A DNA stretch of 64,000 bases from Narcine bancroftii (GCF_036971445.1 NC_091475.1:48360001-48424000), one strand, 5' to 3'. Numbered from the stretch's first letter, positions 13,471 through 27,641 are shown. Translations and numbers: made by a program. The notes: generated by a model not told the origin, from the sequence alone.

Positions 13471-16400
13471 GGGGTGGTAGAAACATGTACCTTCATGCAA
13501 TAAAGTACATTTACAAACATTGGGTTCTTAAGATGTACAAACTTGCCTAAATTCTCTCTTGTCTGCTTCAGCACAGGAATGGTCTTGTTGCAATGTATTT
13601 GTAGTGAAATAAAGATGATGTTATTTTACAGGCATCCACATCCCATAAAGCTCTCCCTGTGTTAGTCTGTAAGTCATAAAGGTCATTTAGTTGCAATACC
13701 ATGGATATTGTGCATTCCTTTTCAAAGCAGAGTGATTAAATGTCCCCTTTCAAGATTGCATGATTATGCATTTGTCACATTCAATGAATTTATGACTTTT
13801 TCACTGCATTCCCCTTCTCAAAACGCAATGAATTTAAAAATAATTTCTTGTAAAACTGAAAATATATATGCAGCATTTTCCAGCACAGTTAAATAATGTC
13901 AGGTATCCTTATTGTACATAGTAGTAGAATAATCTTCTCATCATTCCTTGTAAAACAATGATCCATGTGTAATGACCAAAATATCCATAGCAATTTCTAA
14001 TTGTCATTTGGGGCAGCCTTTTAAATGGTGCATTTAAACAGTTTTGAGATAATTTCTTAGCAGCATGTAAGACCAAAATGTTAAAGGCAAAAACTTGAAA
14101 ACTTTTAAAATATTAGATTTTCTGAATTTTACAATTTGAAAATTCATAGCTCTTGATTTTCTAAGGCAAAAATATTTTGGTATAAATAAATTAAAATTAT
14201 ACTAATTAGGATATTAACATGCTTTGCTTAAAAAACAAATCCTGCATAAGGCCACGCTGTATTGAGTCACTACTATAAATTAATTGACAATGTGACATTA
14301 TGTTTTCATATGGATGAGGTGCAAGGTTTTTCAGTCTATCCATTGGTTTATTTTGTTTTACCTTCAATAAGATAGGAATAGCAGCACTGCTGAGTGTGAC
14401 TTCCAGGAGTTATATTAGGTATCACATTGGGCCTCTCATTCTAAATCTTTCAAGTTATTATTAATTACAATTAAGAAAAAAGCATGATACAAAACAGTTC
14501 AATGTGATATTTCTGATGCTGTGCAACTCCAACATTGCTGTGCCTGATATTATTAAAGACCTTGCTAACTCTGTAGTTCCTCCTGACCAAATTGGCTCAT
14601 CACTCAGACATCAGCTGACACTTTTTTCCAAATGCATCAGTTTCAAATCTCTGACCACATCACTTTAGATCCTACTCCAAGTAACTTGCAAATCTTCCCA
14701 ACCACACCTACCACATCAGAGTATTTGCTTTAATCCTGCTTTACAATCCCTCTGCACCCTACTACCTTTGAAACTAACCTAGAATTTTTTCATTTTGTAC
14801 CTATAGTTACTTATTTTAACTTTTTAACATTCTTCATAATATCCATAGTTTTCCCAAAATATGCTTTGAAACATTTTGTGATCCAAATTATCCTATGTCA
14901 GTGCAAGATACCATAGAATTCATATGCATACACATCATTAGTATGTTGCAAGATGTATCTGGGTCAGGACTCCACACTAACACCTTGTTTTACTTTGTTT
15001 AGTCAAAGGATTTTTTTCTCAATCTCCTAAATGACAGGTGTGCTCCTGTGTTACTAAGACTGTATGTATGACACATGCTATTGAATCAAGCTTGGGGAAA
15101 TCCAATTAAAACACCCTGCTGGAAGAAATATCAGATTTGTCTCCACCCTCCAATTCAATCCAGGTGGTCTCTGGTTCTTCTTTTGGATCAACACTCTATT
15201 ACCTTCCTTGAAATACCTGTACTGATGTGAGAATTCTATATCTCAGGAACTCCTTTTTACAGAGGAAGTTCCTCATCCTTATTATAATGCTACCCTCATA
15301 GAGAGCATGTGCAGACATGGAATACATCGACAAAATACAGGTATGAGATTAACATCCTTTCTACCATCATCCTAATTTATTTTTTGCTACCTAGTTATTT
15401 ATGTTGCATTTGGATATTTGGAATATAAAATATGAGAAGGAAGAAAATGGCTTGGAAACAATATGAAATTATGAACATTGTTGTAATGCCACAAATAGAA
15501 CCAAAAAATGGGTTGTTTCCATAATATTTGGCCAAATTATTCTGCCCAAATGATGATGGAATGAAAATTATGTCCCTGCAGTGCAACCGTTCAACAAAGT
15601 TGATAGCAATTACTCCTCAACTTGAGTTCTGATTATTCTTGGATCATTACTTTTGTCAATCTGATTTATGTTCAGAATTCTCTATTTTCTGTTGGTTTGT
15701 TCCTATATTTCTACGTTTTTAAACATATATATTTACTTTTTTATTTCCTCTTTGTGGGCACAATCCTGATCACAAAACTAATCATCTCCATACATGGTCA
15801 GAATAGTTTATAGGGCTGCTTAAAAGTACTCAGAATTCAGTTAATTTACATGGGCTTTTCCCAGTGCAGCAAAAATCAAGCTAACAGAAGTTTTGGTCAA
15901 CGAGTAGCACTTCTTTGATATTTTCTATGACTTTGAAATCTATTAAGGTGACATCCAAGCCAAGTTTTTGTCATCTGCATTTGCATCCACAGTGAGAATG
16001 ATCGGGACTGTCCTTTGATTTCTTTCGTTTGGTTTCATGATGCAGTCATCTCTGGCAAGACCACAATTTATCACTCAGCCTTGGTTGGCCTCAGAAAGTT
16101 TAGATGTTGAGGGTTTTTCTTTCTGTTCTGCTAGTGATGAAGGAAAGGTTAATTTCATTGATTTGAATCCCCAATTATAAATAATCTGGAAGAGATTAAA
16201 TTAGAGAACAATCTGACAACTTGATTGTTGATTTACCACATTTGTGCCCTATTGTCAAACAATTCACCGTGAATATTTTAGCTTCATTATTCTTTAAAAG
16301 AGCTGGAAACCCACAAATGGCAAAAAGCACCAAAAAAAATTCACCTGCCACAGAAAGGATTCACTTATTTGCACATGATAATATTATTATAAATAATGTA

Positions 16401-17758
16401 CCAAAGGACAAAACAAATTGCACTTTCTGCATAGCTGCATTAATCAACTTTCACAAAACATGAACATCTTTTTCAACTTCAAATAAATGACATTCAACAC
16501 AAAGTGGAGAAGTGGCTTGTTTTTGGTCACTTGTGCTAAACTAATGTCAGAGAGTTAGCTGTCACCTATACATTTAATTTCATTGGCTTCAACAGAACTA
16601 AATGTGTAGATGACCAATATAACAGGTAGCTGATACAACCAATTAACACTAGCAAAGTATTTTTCTCCTTTGTGGTGTAAGTGTACACTTATGCATAAAT
16701 GGAGGAGCCACGTAAAGCCCCTATGATTTTTCTGTATCCAAGATAGTTGAGAAAGAAATCAGAATGTGGCAAAGACATATCAAGAAATTAACCAAAATCT
16801 ATAATCCTGATGAAATGTAATGAAAGCTAGTTTGAGTAGGTTGATTGTGGTCTAATGATTGTTCCAAAGTTATCATGTTGGGCTGGTTCTCAAAAAGAAA
16901 ACTTAAATATGGTCCCAAGGCAGTGAAGCTAGGTTGTCTCTGCAGGTTCTCCAACCTGATGTTAAAAACAGCTAATTGTATTCATTATCACATGCCTTGC
17001 TGTTTGCTGCTATTGGTGCTGCAAGCCTGTAGTTTATTCTTGTGGTTTCATCCCTGCACTGCCGCTTCAAAAAAAAATGACCACAGATGCTAACAGATCT
17101 TTTTGCACATTGTATTGATTAGTTACTTGTGTATGTATGCCAGAACCTATTGCTTGAAATAACAAAAAAAAACTGGAAAAAAAATCATAAATTCTAAAAT
17201 TGTATACATGCTTGTCTTAGTGGCTAATTATCTGCAACAGTGAATGGGAGGGGAATGTTTTATAACATAGGATAATTCAAAGGTTTGTTTTCTGAACTAA
17301 AATATATTCTAAAATTACTAACTCAGAGCATTTCCTAATTCTGTCCACTGCAAGTGAACAGAAAAGTGGCCTTCTTTCAGAACAGTTGAAATGAATTCAG
17401 TCTATGAAAGACAGGCAGATAATAATACCCTTAGATTTGGGGAAAAGTTCCAAATCAAGAATGGCATCCAAGAAGAGATATTTGCATAAACTGAAAATAT
17501 ATGTACTGCATGGGTACTGACAAATGAATTGTGGTTTTGTATAATACTTGTCATTATTGCAAAGAAAATACTTGAGTAAGGACATCAAGTTGTGGCACTA
17601 ATACCAAGCATCATGCCTCCGTTGTTCTGTACATTGTGACAGATATTTTTTTTTGTAATGGACCAAACAATAAGTGTATTGATATAAGAAAAAAAATTTC
17701 TACTTTGAGTGTAGTTTACAGGCTTTAAAGATGCTCTAGTTATAAACTTGTTTTGATT

Positions 17759-18023
17759 AATAAAATCTGTTGCTGTGCAACAGTTTTATGGTTTGCACTT
17801 TACTTAGTAAAGAATTGCATTCAGTGTTTTAAATTTTGGAAGAAGTTTCTCAAAGACTGCATTATTTCTAAGTGGCAAGTGTAGCATGAAGTCATAAAGT
17901 AGTCTTGTGATACAAACATGAACCTTTCAACAACAATGTATGTTATTTGTTGTGTATATTTTATTGTTCTTATCGCTTACAAGCAAAGATAATTATGAAT
18001 ATGGTCATCTATGGTTAAATAAA
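17759..18023 (+). terminator. Candidate distal polyadenylation signals of CNKSR2 (AATAAA at 17759 and 18018)
   Basis: Two AATAAA hexamers with downstream U/GU-rich sequence at the end of a long, repeat-poor, AU-rich stretch. Inference only; no transcript evidence. Confidence 0.35.
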
Positions 18024-21000
18024 GATCTTGAAATTTTTTTACATTTTTATTATTCTTTTATCTAATTCATGCATATTTAACATGCATTCAGTTCAAAAGA
18101 GCGTAAAGGCAATCTGAAACAAAATCAGTAAATTCTGGAAATTCTCAATGACTCAAGCAGTGTCGAAAGTGAGAGGTTTAATCTTTCGTTCAACCTGTCT
18201 CTCTGCCCTGCAGAGTATTTCCAACACTTGGTTAACTGTGGAAAAAAAATTCCAGAAATCTGGACTGCTTGGGGATTGAATCAGTCCGGATTTACTGGAT
18301 TCTTGGGCAGTACTTTTAAAATTCAAATTTAAAGAGGAATAAAGAAGAGGTGAACAGGTAACATTAATTCATTAGCAAATACAGCCATTCTCCAGCAGCA
18401 AACAGCCTGGTGTGAGTCCTTTGACCTTAAGTCGCCAGCAAATCACAGCCTACATGGGTTCCTTGTCCACAAGTCGCCAGCAGCTCACTACCTGCATGTA
18501 TCCTTCAGTGCAAAGCCCCTCGCTGGTCTGACACAGTGTGGTCATCTTCCTTAGCATTGTCTGCTTCTCCTTCTCCTTCTCAAAAGGAGTGTTCTCCCCA
18601 TTACTGGTGCCCCACAGCAGTCCACTGCTGCCCCCAGAATCTGCAACGCCACAAGGCCTCTGTTGAACACAGGCACCTCCATCTTAGAGCCTGACCCCAC
18701 AGTCATAAAATTTTAAATAAAACACTATCGGCTCCTTTAACAGACTGTTTAAAGCCTGCAATGAAGCTGTTAGCAGTAATACTGGGCGGTGGGACCCTGC
18801 AGGGGTGGGGTGTGTCTTCACTCCCCACTCTTCCCAAGTCTGCACCGGAAAAGATTCTTTGGGTGCCTGGGTGATGATGGAAGGATAAGTGCTGCATCAG
18901 CTGTGGTTACAAGGTAAAGTACCAGATAAGAAAGAGTGAGAGATGGCAACAGAAGAGCCTCAGGGAGTCACAAAGGGGCAATTCCTGCAAAATCCTGAAA
19001 GGGGAGGAAGGAGAAAATGTGTCCAGCATTGGTGGAAACACTTCAAAGGTTGTAGAAATTGTAGAGAATGATGGGGTGAACAGTGAGAATCGGGGTCAAT
19101 CTTGTAAAATGAACAAATAAAATTGTGAAAGCATCTAAACAGATTTCAACTAAGTCCTTAAAATAAAACTCAAGTTACAAATTAAAACCTCTCCATGGAT
19201 AATTTTGAGGACTTTAAGATTCATAGCACGTTTTCTTTAGAATAGTTTTTTTTCTAAATTGCATCTAAATTCACAAAATAAAAATTTTGCAGTAGATAAA
19301 CAAAGATAAACCACTGGTGTGTGATATTTTTAAAGTGTTCCACAAGGCTATTTCACTCTGTTAAAACTGTTGGTTATATAGTTTGAGCTATATTTCAGTT
19401 GCAAAAAAAAGCACCTAAAATTTGATATGTTCAGAATCCTGAAGGGGTTTTATATCACCTTTTTCCTTTACCTAATTTTTACAAAGTGGATTGAATTATT
19501 TCAGTTATAAATATATTCATCTCTCATATTTTCAGTAACTGATGCTTTATCTCAATGTAATTTTAAATTACCAAAAATGTTCTTTTCCTCAAAATCCAAT
19601 TCCCCAAGGGTCATGAGGCTCTGCTACAGTGCATAATTAAAAATTAAATGTTAGCAAATTTGAACAATTGGAGAAAGTGTAAACAAATATATATTTTGAA
19701 AGAAAAGTTACTTCAATAAACAAACACAAAGGAAGTTGATGATGATTATGGCAAGCACAGTATAAAGTAATATGAAATTTTCCTGGATACATCTCTGACA
19801 ATGTGACTCAAATCTGCTGTCTAAGCCAGTACTGTAGATAATGGTCCAAACAAGGCACATGATAATCCTTTAGCATAGTGACCAACAATTAGCTTTTTAT
19901 ACTGTTGTGAACTCCAGTCCCGAATGACTGAATTGCCAGGCTAACCTTGCCAGTCATAAAGTATATGATTCACAGTCCTTCTGTGGGCAGGTTCATTTCC
20001 ATGCACACTGTCCAATTACATTCTGAAGACCTGGCCACTGAATGCAAAATGTCTTAAAACCTTTAGAAAAATTAATAAGGAATTTCAATTATGGGCAGTT
20101 TTGCCCAAATTGAATAGGAAAAAGAAAATAAACATTGGTGGCAAGGAAAAGTGGTAGTACAAAGGAATCTAGAAGTTCCCCTACCTCTCTTGCATGCCTT
20201 TTGTCATACTGTGCTGTCTCCATACCAATTGTTAAATTCTGCACAGCTCAAACCCAAATGCCAGAAAAATCTTTGCTGCATTAAATACTCACCATGGGAA
20301 ATGGGAGTGGAAAATTCAATAATCTTTGCCTCTTCCATTTCAACCTTACCTTGGGCTGAAGTTCCCCAAATGATTTATTGTTTTTCCATTTCAAATCTGT
20401 CAGAAATCATTTGTCCAAATCAAATGCAGTAAAAATCCCCCACCCCTACCCCCATTTCAAATTCAAATTGATATTTTAGAAATATTGTGCTGTGATTTTT
20501 CTACTGGTTGGTGGTGAAAAGAGCAGAATGGCCTCCTTCTGTATTTATCCTCATGTTTTAACATTAACCAAAAAAATGGACCATTGATAGTCAAAAGGAT
20601 AGTTAAAAGGAAGCTTCACAATGAAACATTACATGCTCAAAAATTGTGATTATTAACCATTCACATTTTTCTGAATATATTTTTAAGTTCTGATGAGACC
20701 AACACATAAAATAAGGTTAAATATTCTCTCCCAAAGTGGACCATACAGAATACTGTTAAACAAATAAAATGCTGATTTTACTAAGGCATCTTCTAATCTG
20801 TTCATAAAATCCTCATTTTTTTTTAGGTTTAACCAGATCACAGAATTTCTAGCCTAATCTATCTATTCAATTCTCATTGGTTATTTGATAAATTCATTTT
20901 TTTCCTTTTGTCAATCTGATAGCAGTCATATTAAATTGACTTTCTACTAAGTTTCTGGTCAACTAACCACTGTAATATTTTACTGCAGTTCTGTTCACCA

Positions 21001-24000
21001 TTGAGACATTGTTTTATATGTGTCCCCAAAAAAAATGCCTTGCTTACTTTATTCTGCCCCAGAATGGTGCAGAAAGAAAATGAACATGAACAAAGTATTT
21101 GGTGTTTTTTTTTTTCTGGAGGTAAGTGAAATTAAGTTCAACAAATTAAATTTGCTTTCATTGTTATTTCTTCGCTTAATAAAGGAGCTTAACCATTTGA
21201 ATCTAACCTGGTATCAAAGTGTTTATGAGCCCCTCTTCCAAGTTTTTACAGCAGAGATGCACCTTGAAATTCAAAACATGACACACAAGAGAAATGGCCA
21301 GCTCTTCTCTACTAGACTACTCATCAGTGAAATGTTTGAGAATTCATTATTTTGCCCAAAACAATGCAAATAAATCAGGTGAGTGTGAAAATATGTTAAA
21401 AATAATTAAAAGATTTAGAAGAAATATTTGCAAATATATTCCAACAGAATTTATCCACATTTGCTGAGGCAGAAAAACAAACACTAATGTTTCACTAGTA
21501 ATGATTCCACTAATGTTTATATTATTTTAATAAGAGGCTTGCAAGGTGGAGGAAGGTAAGCTTTGTTGCTTTGCTCGAAAAAGAGTAGAATGACACTGAG
21601 AGTTCAGTCAGTTGATAACATGGAAGGTTATGCACAGTATGAAGATTTTTTCCACATTAGACAATCTCAAATGTCATCTTAATGTTTACATGCTCACCTC
21701 TGAATTTAAAGTTCAAGTGACATCTAATCACATAATCCAGACTAATATTTTGGATCACAGAGGTTGCTGGAGTTGAAATTGGGTGTTGTGCCCAATTTAT
21801 AAAATGTGGCCCATGAGCAATAAAAACGTCAAATTAATTAGGGCAGGTATTTTTCAAATGCCCAGATGAGCCTCCTAAAAAAAGTTATTAGACCTGTTGC
21901 ATTTTTCAAAGTGAGGAATGACATCAGTTTTAGGGCCCTTTCCCAAGCATTCTGTCTGCACTGCCATCATGTGACCAGCAACATTTGAAGTAAAATCCTC
22001 ACTGCATTCTGCCACTTCTTCACAAGTATGCAGTCAGCCACTAACTGTGAACCAAGTACTTAGTATTTTGCTTCACAAGAATGGCAAGCTCCAAGTCATA
22101 AACACTCGTGTCCATGCCTCATTAAACATAATAAAAGTGACCTTGTTGGGCCGTGCATTCCTTATCCAATACCAACATTAGTCTTGAAAAACGAACAAAA
22201 GCTTTAGCTCTTTTTGCCTGCAACCCCCCCCCCCCCCACAGTCAGCTCAGGTAGATAGTAAAGAGCAAAGTGTTTCACTCAATGTCCAGTGGAAAACATT
22301 GATTCCTCAATTTAATCAAAAGTACAGATTAACTGATCAGTTTGTTAAAGCTTGATGTGCATTGTTTCCTGCATGTTCTAAGACAACAGTAACTACAACT
22401 CAGTTGTAATTTATTAACTTTATACAGTTTTGGGATATTCCTCTCCTAACAGTAAAGTTTTAATCATTTTTATTCTGAAAATAGTTCAGTTCCAAAACAT
22501 ACATTTTTAAAACATTTTCAAACATTAAACATTTTGCTGTTTTTCTAACGGTTGAACATTCAATGATCTAATTTTCTGTTTTAACATCATATGAAAACGT
22601 ATGGCAACTGTGCATATCAACTGATGTTTCAAGCAAGTTATAGATTCTGCATTAATGTGCAAATTTAATTTCATTAGATTGCCATTGAATATTACAAGCG
22701 TGTGGCACTTGGCAGAGACTTGGTTGTCTCTCCACTGATAATATTTCAGTATATCGAGCCAACATTGTTCCGGGCAGTTGGTTGTTGGGTTTCCCTGGAT
22801 AATTTTGAGGGTAACTCAGGTGAAATTTGTCTTTCTGTGTAAAGATATGTGCAAAAAAAACCGATGAAACAAAATACAATCCAATTGATATCTTTAAACT
22901 GACAATACACATAACTGAGGAACAGCAAAAGGAATAAAACAGTACATATGTAATACCAATGTTCCTTCAATTTCTCAAGGCTAAAATTCCAGCTTCTGAA
23001 AGAAGTTTTGTAATGACTTGAATATGTGCCTTTTCATTAGCTTATTCTGTACTTAGCTTATATTATGCTTGTTATTAACATTATAACTCGGGAATCAAGT
23101 CAATCCCGATATGTTAAAGTGTTTGACGTCCAAAGTGCATTCCCAAAGTATATTAGTCATAAGAAAACGTGAAGATTGTTCCATTAAAAGATAACAGCCT
23201 TGCAGAAAAAGCACCTGCAATCACTGAGATCCAGTTTACAGTCATCTCTACCCACCTTCAAATAAATTACCCTAAAATTAGATATCCCAAAGCCGCAAAT
23301 TGATCGCAAAAGCAATTCTCAGGTCATACCCAAAGCCATTAAAGTCTATGCCGTATGTACTTTTGCAAGTAGCAATTGTATCGTGCAACCTCCCTCTTCA
23401 TTGCCCGTCAACCCCCGAAATATTTCATTTTTCTGTTTACATTGACATGATCATCTCATTTCAATGCCAATTGTTCCAAAATTTCTGGCCATAGTGGGAA
23501 CGATTTATCTTAACCGACCCAATCAAATCCCTTTGTGCTTTTGTTTGCATAACATTTCTTTAATGTTCCATCTCTTCAAGAAAATGATTCCATCATAACG
23601 TCACTCTTCCCATCGTTAAACCAGTTCCATTATCTCGTCCAGGGTAAGCCATCCAGTATCAAGGTGCAGGGCTGGATGAAGTTTTCTAACTTCTGAGTAA
23701 CTTAACAGGTAAAATAGACATCCTATACCAGACATGCGACCTTCAACAAACTGCACCATACCACGTTAATGAGCAGAATGGGACTTGATTGGCATGTGGG
23801 GAAGATTTGTGCGTGTGTGTGAGAGAAATTGTACTCCATTCGGTGTTGAGTTTGTTTAGATGACGTTTTGCTATTGTAAACACCATTCACTCAGCATAAT
23901 ACCCGACTGGAAGGGAGAATTTAAAAAACTCCACTATCAGGTTGTTCACTCATTCAGCTTTGGCCGAAGCGCGGCGGGGAGCGAATGTCTCCACCACCGA

Positions 24001-24114
24001 GCACGTCTGGGGCCGAGGTTCATGCCGGGCCAGGGGTACCCGCTCCGTTTGGGCTGTGCTTTATCCACCTGAATGCTCCTCAAGGGGAGGAGAGACCTAG
24101 TGTCCGTCCGCATA

Positions 24115-24120
24115 TTTATT
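24115..24120 (-). terminator. Candidate proximal poly(A) signal of KLHL34
   Basis: AATAAA on the minus strand about 60 nt after the KLHL34 stop codon. Confidence 0.45.
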
Positions 24121-24178
24121 GATCGGGCTGACTGGCCGGGAGCACCGTGCTCAGAAACAGATGGCACCCCACCGCCCA

Positions 24179-26041
24179 CTACTGCAGCCCCGGCTTGCCC
24201 TGGGCCTCGGGCAGCTCGGGCAGGAGCAGGGCCCCGCACTGAGCGCCGTACAGGGCCACAGGCAACCGGCACACCTGGCTCCAGCTGTCCGAGGCCGGGT
24301 CGTAGACCACGGCGCTCTGGGCCGGCACCTCGCGGCCTTGCTGCCACTTCTTGCCGCCCATCAGGTAGACGGCGCCGTCCAGCACGGCCAGCCCGTAGCA
24401 GGAGCGGTCGAAGAGCAGCGGCCGGAGGCGTTGCCACTGGGCCCGCCGCGGCTCGTAGCACTCGATGTCGCAGAAGGGCTCGTACGTGCCGACGAACGAG
24501 TAGATGCGCTCGCCCACCACGGCCATCTGATGGCCGAAGCGGGCGAGGGTCATGGGCGGGCAGCGCTGCCAGCCGGCCCCCGCCTGCGGCGCCAGGCTGT
24601 ACATCTCCTGACAGGCCTCGGCCTGGCCGGCGGGCCGCCCGCCGGACACGTAGAGGGTGCCGGCGTGCACGGCGCAGGCGTGGCCGTACAGGGGGTGCGG
24701 CAGCTGGACCGCTTCCAGCCAGCGCCCGCTGCCGCCGAAGTCGAGGAGCTCGACGGCCGAGAGCGAGGCCTGGCCGGCGCCGCAGCGGCCTCCCAGCGCG
24801 AAGATGCGCTCGCCCAGCACGCAGCAGGCGAACTGCGCCCGCCGTTTCCGCATGTTGGCCGCTCGGCTCCAGGTGTCGGAGCGGGGGTCGTACCGGAACA
24901 CGCGGCGGCTGGGCATCGGCTTCGGCCCGCCGTTATCCGGCTCCCCGGCCGGGGCCGGACGCCCTGGCGGAGCCGGGGCCCCGGGCGGCTCCTGATCTAC
25001 GCAACGCGTCGGATCCGCGGCCGCCTCCAGCAATTCGCCCCCGAGCACGAAGAGGAAGTCGCCGAGCACGCACACGCAGTGGCTCTGCACCCTCGGGCCG
25101 TCGGCCAGCGGCCTCCAGCTGCCCGTGCGGGGATCGAGCGCCGAAAGCCCGCCAGAGGGCCGGCTGGCGGCGCCGTCCACGAGCAACAGGCCGCCGGCGG
25201 CCACCAGCTGCCGCACGCCGCTCCTCAGCGTGCTCTGCCGGCTCTGGCGGACCGGTTGCCGGGCCTCGGCGTGGTGGTAGCGCACGGCCTGGGTGATGAG
25301 GCGGCGGGCGCCGGGAGCGCCCTGCCCCTCCTGCAGTAGGAGCCGCTGCAGCTCGGCGCAGGGGACGAGGCCGTAGCGAACGCGACTCAGCACGGGGTCG
25401 GCGAGGCTGCGGCGCTCGGGTCCGCCGTCCAGCCAGTCGAGGGCGAGCTTCAGCAGCGCGGACTCCGGCACGCCAGGCAGCCGCTCGGAGTCGAGCACGG
25501 CCAGCAGCGAGTCGGGGTTCAGGTCGGCCAGGCCGCTGTGCTCGGCCCCCAACTCCAGCAGGCGCCACAGGTTCGAAGCGATGTAGAGGTCGGCGCGGCG
25601 CCGCGCCTCGGGCAGCGCGAAGCCGGCCGCCAGGTTGGCCGAGTGGCAGCAGCCGGCGGGGCTCAGGCTGCTGGCCAGATAGACGGAGCAGAGGCGCAGG
25701 GCTTCGGGCACCTGCAGGTAGCTGGCCGCCTCCAGCGTCTGCTCTAGGCTGTCGGGGCACAGCACCAGGCACGACGTGTAGATGAAGTCCAGGACCCGGG
25801 CCAAGCCGCCGGCCGACACCAGCTGCAGCTGTACCTCGGCCGCGCTCGCCTCCCGCGTGTGCGCCTGGAACAGACACCTGAAGTAGTCGCTGGCGCAGGC
25901 CAGCAGCGAGCGGTGGGCGCGGAACTCGGTGCCCTCGGCCACCAGCACCACGTCGCACAGCAGCTTCTCGTCCCTCAGGGCGCGGTAGCGGGACACCACC
26001 ATCTCGCCGTGAGTGCTGGACAGCGCCAGGAAGTAGCTCAT
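24179..26041 (-). CDS. KLHL34: Kelch-like protein 34 (BTB-BACK-Kelch), single coding exon, 620 aa
   Basis: MSYFL start, BTB (LCDVVL...FRAHRSLLACASDYFRCLF...LDFIYT...LEAASYLQV), BACK domain and GG-containing kelch repeats (LFVLGG, IFALGG, LYVSGG, VYLMGG). Intronless and lies between CNKSR2 and SMPX as in mammals. Confidence 0.95.
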   Translation of the reverse strand: MSYFLALSSTHGEMVVSRYRALRDEKLLCDVVLVAEGTEFRAHRSLLACASDYFRCLFQAHTREASAAEVQLQLVSAGGLARVLDFIYTSCLVLCPDSLEQTLEAASYLQVPEALRLCSVYLASSLSPAGCCHSANLAAGFALPEARRRADLYIASNLWRLLELGAEHSGLADLNPDSLLAVLDSERLPGVPESALLKLALDWLDGGPERRSLADPVLSRVRYGLVPCAELQRLLLQEGQGAPGARRLITQAVRYHHAEARQPVRQSRQSTLRSGVRQLVAAGGLLLVDGAASRPSGGLSALDPRTGSWRPLADGPRVQSHCVCVLGDFLFVLGGELLEAAADPTRCVDQEPPGAPAPPGRPAPAGEPDNGGPKPMPSRRVFRYDPRSDTWSRAANMRKRRAQFACCVLGERIFALGGRCGAGQASLSAVELLDFGGSGRWLEAVQLPHPLYGHACAVHAGTLYVSGGRPAGQAEACQEMYSLAPQAGAGWQRCPPMTLARFGHQMAVVGERIYSFVGTYEPFCDIECYEPRRAQWQRLRPLLFDRSCYGLAVLDGAVYLMGGKKWQQGREVPAQSAVVYDPASDSWSQVCRLPVALYGAQCGALLLPELPEAQGKPGLQ

Positions 26042-27432
26042 GCCCCTCCTCGTTTCGCGCGATCCACTCCCGTCCCTGCCTTCTCCTCGTTCCCTCCCCT
26101 CTCTCCTTCACCTTCCCTCTCCTCTGTCCTTCGTTCCCTCTCCCCTCCAACCAAAGAAACTTCAGGGTCGTTAAGGTTTTAGACGCCTGGCCGAGGTTCT
26201 GAACTTTTTTTGAAATGATACAGATTGCCAAATTAATCCACGACCTCTCAAACTTGCCCCTCGTTGCAAATCGATGAACCGCCTGGAAGACAATCCTCAG
26301 AGCCGCTGGTTGCGAGCTGAGACGTTACGAACACAGCTGGGATTCGGTCTCGGTCGCTGACATCCACACAGGAGCTGGGCTGGCGTATCGGTTCTCACTC
26401 TTTCAGCTGAAGGTGGACTTCAGAGATGGTGTGGGGGCGGGTTTGTTCAATATTGAATGCGTCTTCATCATAAGACCGCGCTGGAAGCAGCCGGCGATGT
26501 GCTCTGCTCATCTTAAACACGGAGGAGCCCGGCGAAAAGGGATGACAGAAAGTATTGTGGACTTTCCGGTTGAAAGTGCTTCGTTTCATTGGCGCGGATG
26601 CTACTCTTGCTCGTCGATTTCTTGTCCTTGGTCAAACATTGAGCGACCGCCTGGAAATGGAACACATTTAGCTTCCAGTTTGGAGGTCCCGTGAATCAAG
26701 TCCAGCGGTCCCAGATTGTTACTGTGACCTGGCATGAGTTAATGTTCGCAGGATGTCCCGGCTCCTTCCCTGGATTCACCGGCACCAGCTCCGAATCCAG
26801 TTGACAGGCCGGTGACCTCTCGTTAAATGATTCGCCAAGGCGCGAATAGAAACCAGGCAGTGCCAAGTTCATAACGTCTGCGGCCGGGATGGAGTTCGCC
26901 CACTCTCCGACGGCCACTTGTTCCTGGAGTAAGGTGAGGGGTAGTTCGTGAACACCGTGTGGGGCCGAGTGGCCTGCATCTACTGCCATCCGGAATTAAA
27001 GAGGAGGTGCAGGCGTGTTCGTTGGCACACGGGCTTTGCAACCGACGCGAAGGCGTGAATGGGTCCCATCCTGCCCTCGCAATACTGACGGGGTCCCTAA
27101 ACAAATCCTCTCCCACGCTGATAATGCCCGCCTGGCGGTTCTGTATGAAAGGACGCGCGAGATTTTTTTTCGCCGCTGATGAATCCTTCTGCAAATATAG
27201 ACAGAAGATGCTAGAAATTCTCGACGGGTCGGGAAGTGTCTCAGGAGAGGAAAGTAGATAGAACTTTCGACCAATAATCCGCAGGAAGATCTCTGGCTCG
27301 AACATGATTTGCTGTCCACATTCCGGCTGGAGACCCGCTTCCAGCAGGTCCCCGCACCGATGCCCCTCTGTTAAATATCGACACGCCCCGTCTTTTCCGA
27401 TCTGTCCCCTCCCTGGTTCCTCTCGCCGCTTC

Positions 27433-27440
27433 TATAAATA
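27433..27440 (+). promoter_or_regulatory. Candidate TATA box (TATAAATA)
   Basis: Consensus TATA in GC-rich context, upstream of ATGs at 27472 and 27486, facing away from KLHL34. Confidence 0.4.
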
Positions 27441-27641
27441 CACCGCCAGACGAGTTGGTCTCCGGAGAAAAATGTCCTCTCGCCAATGCATGTCTGTGGC
27501 ACCTCCAAATCGCGCTGCTTCAGATCTTCCTCACCCGAACGCTCAAAACAAACCCAGCAAATACACACATAACGTAATTGTGATGATTATTGGCCCAATG
27601 CGCATAACAGTTGTGGGCGAGCACATCAAGGGTCTGCGCCC

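Noticed and set aside
23946-26231. Long overlapping ORFs (24073-25296 +, 24119-25339 +, 24933-26231 -, etc.)
   Set aside because: Shadow frames of the very GC-rich KLHL34 coding sequence; Arg/Pro/Gly-biased with no domain motifs.
24179-27300. GC-rich block as possible bacterial contamination or horizontal transfer
   Set aside because: It encodes vertebrate KLHL34 in its expected syntenic position; the flank is CpG island with no recognisable coding signal.
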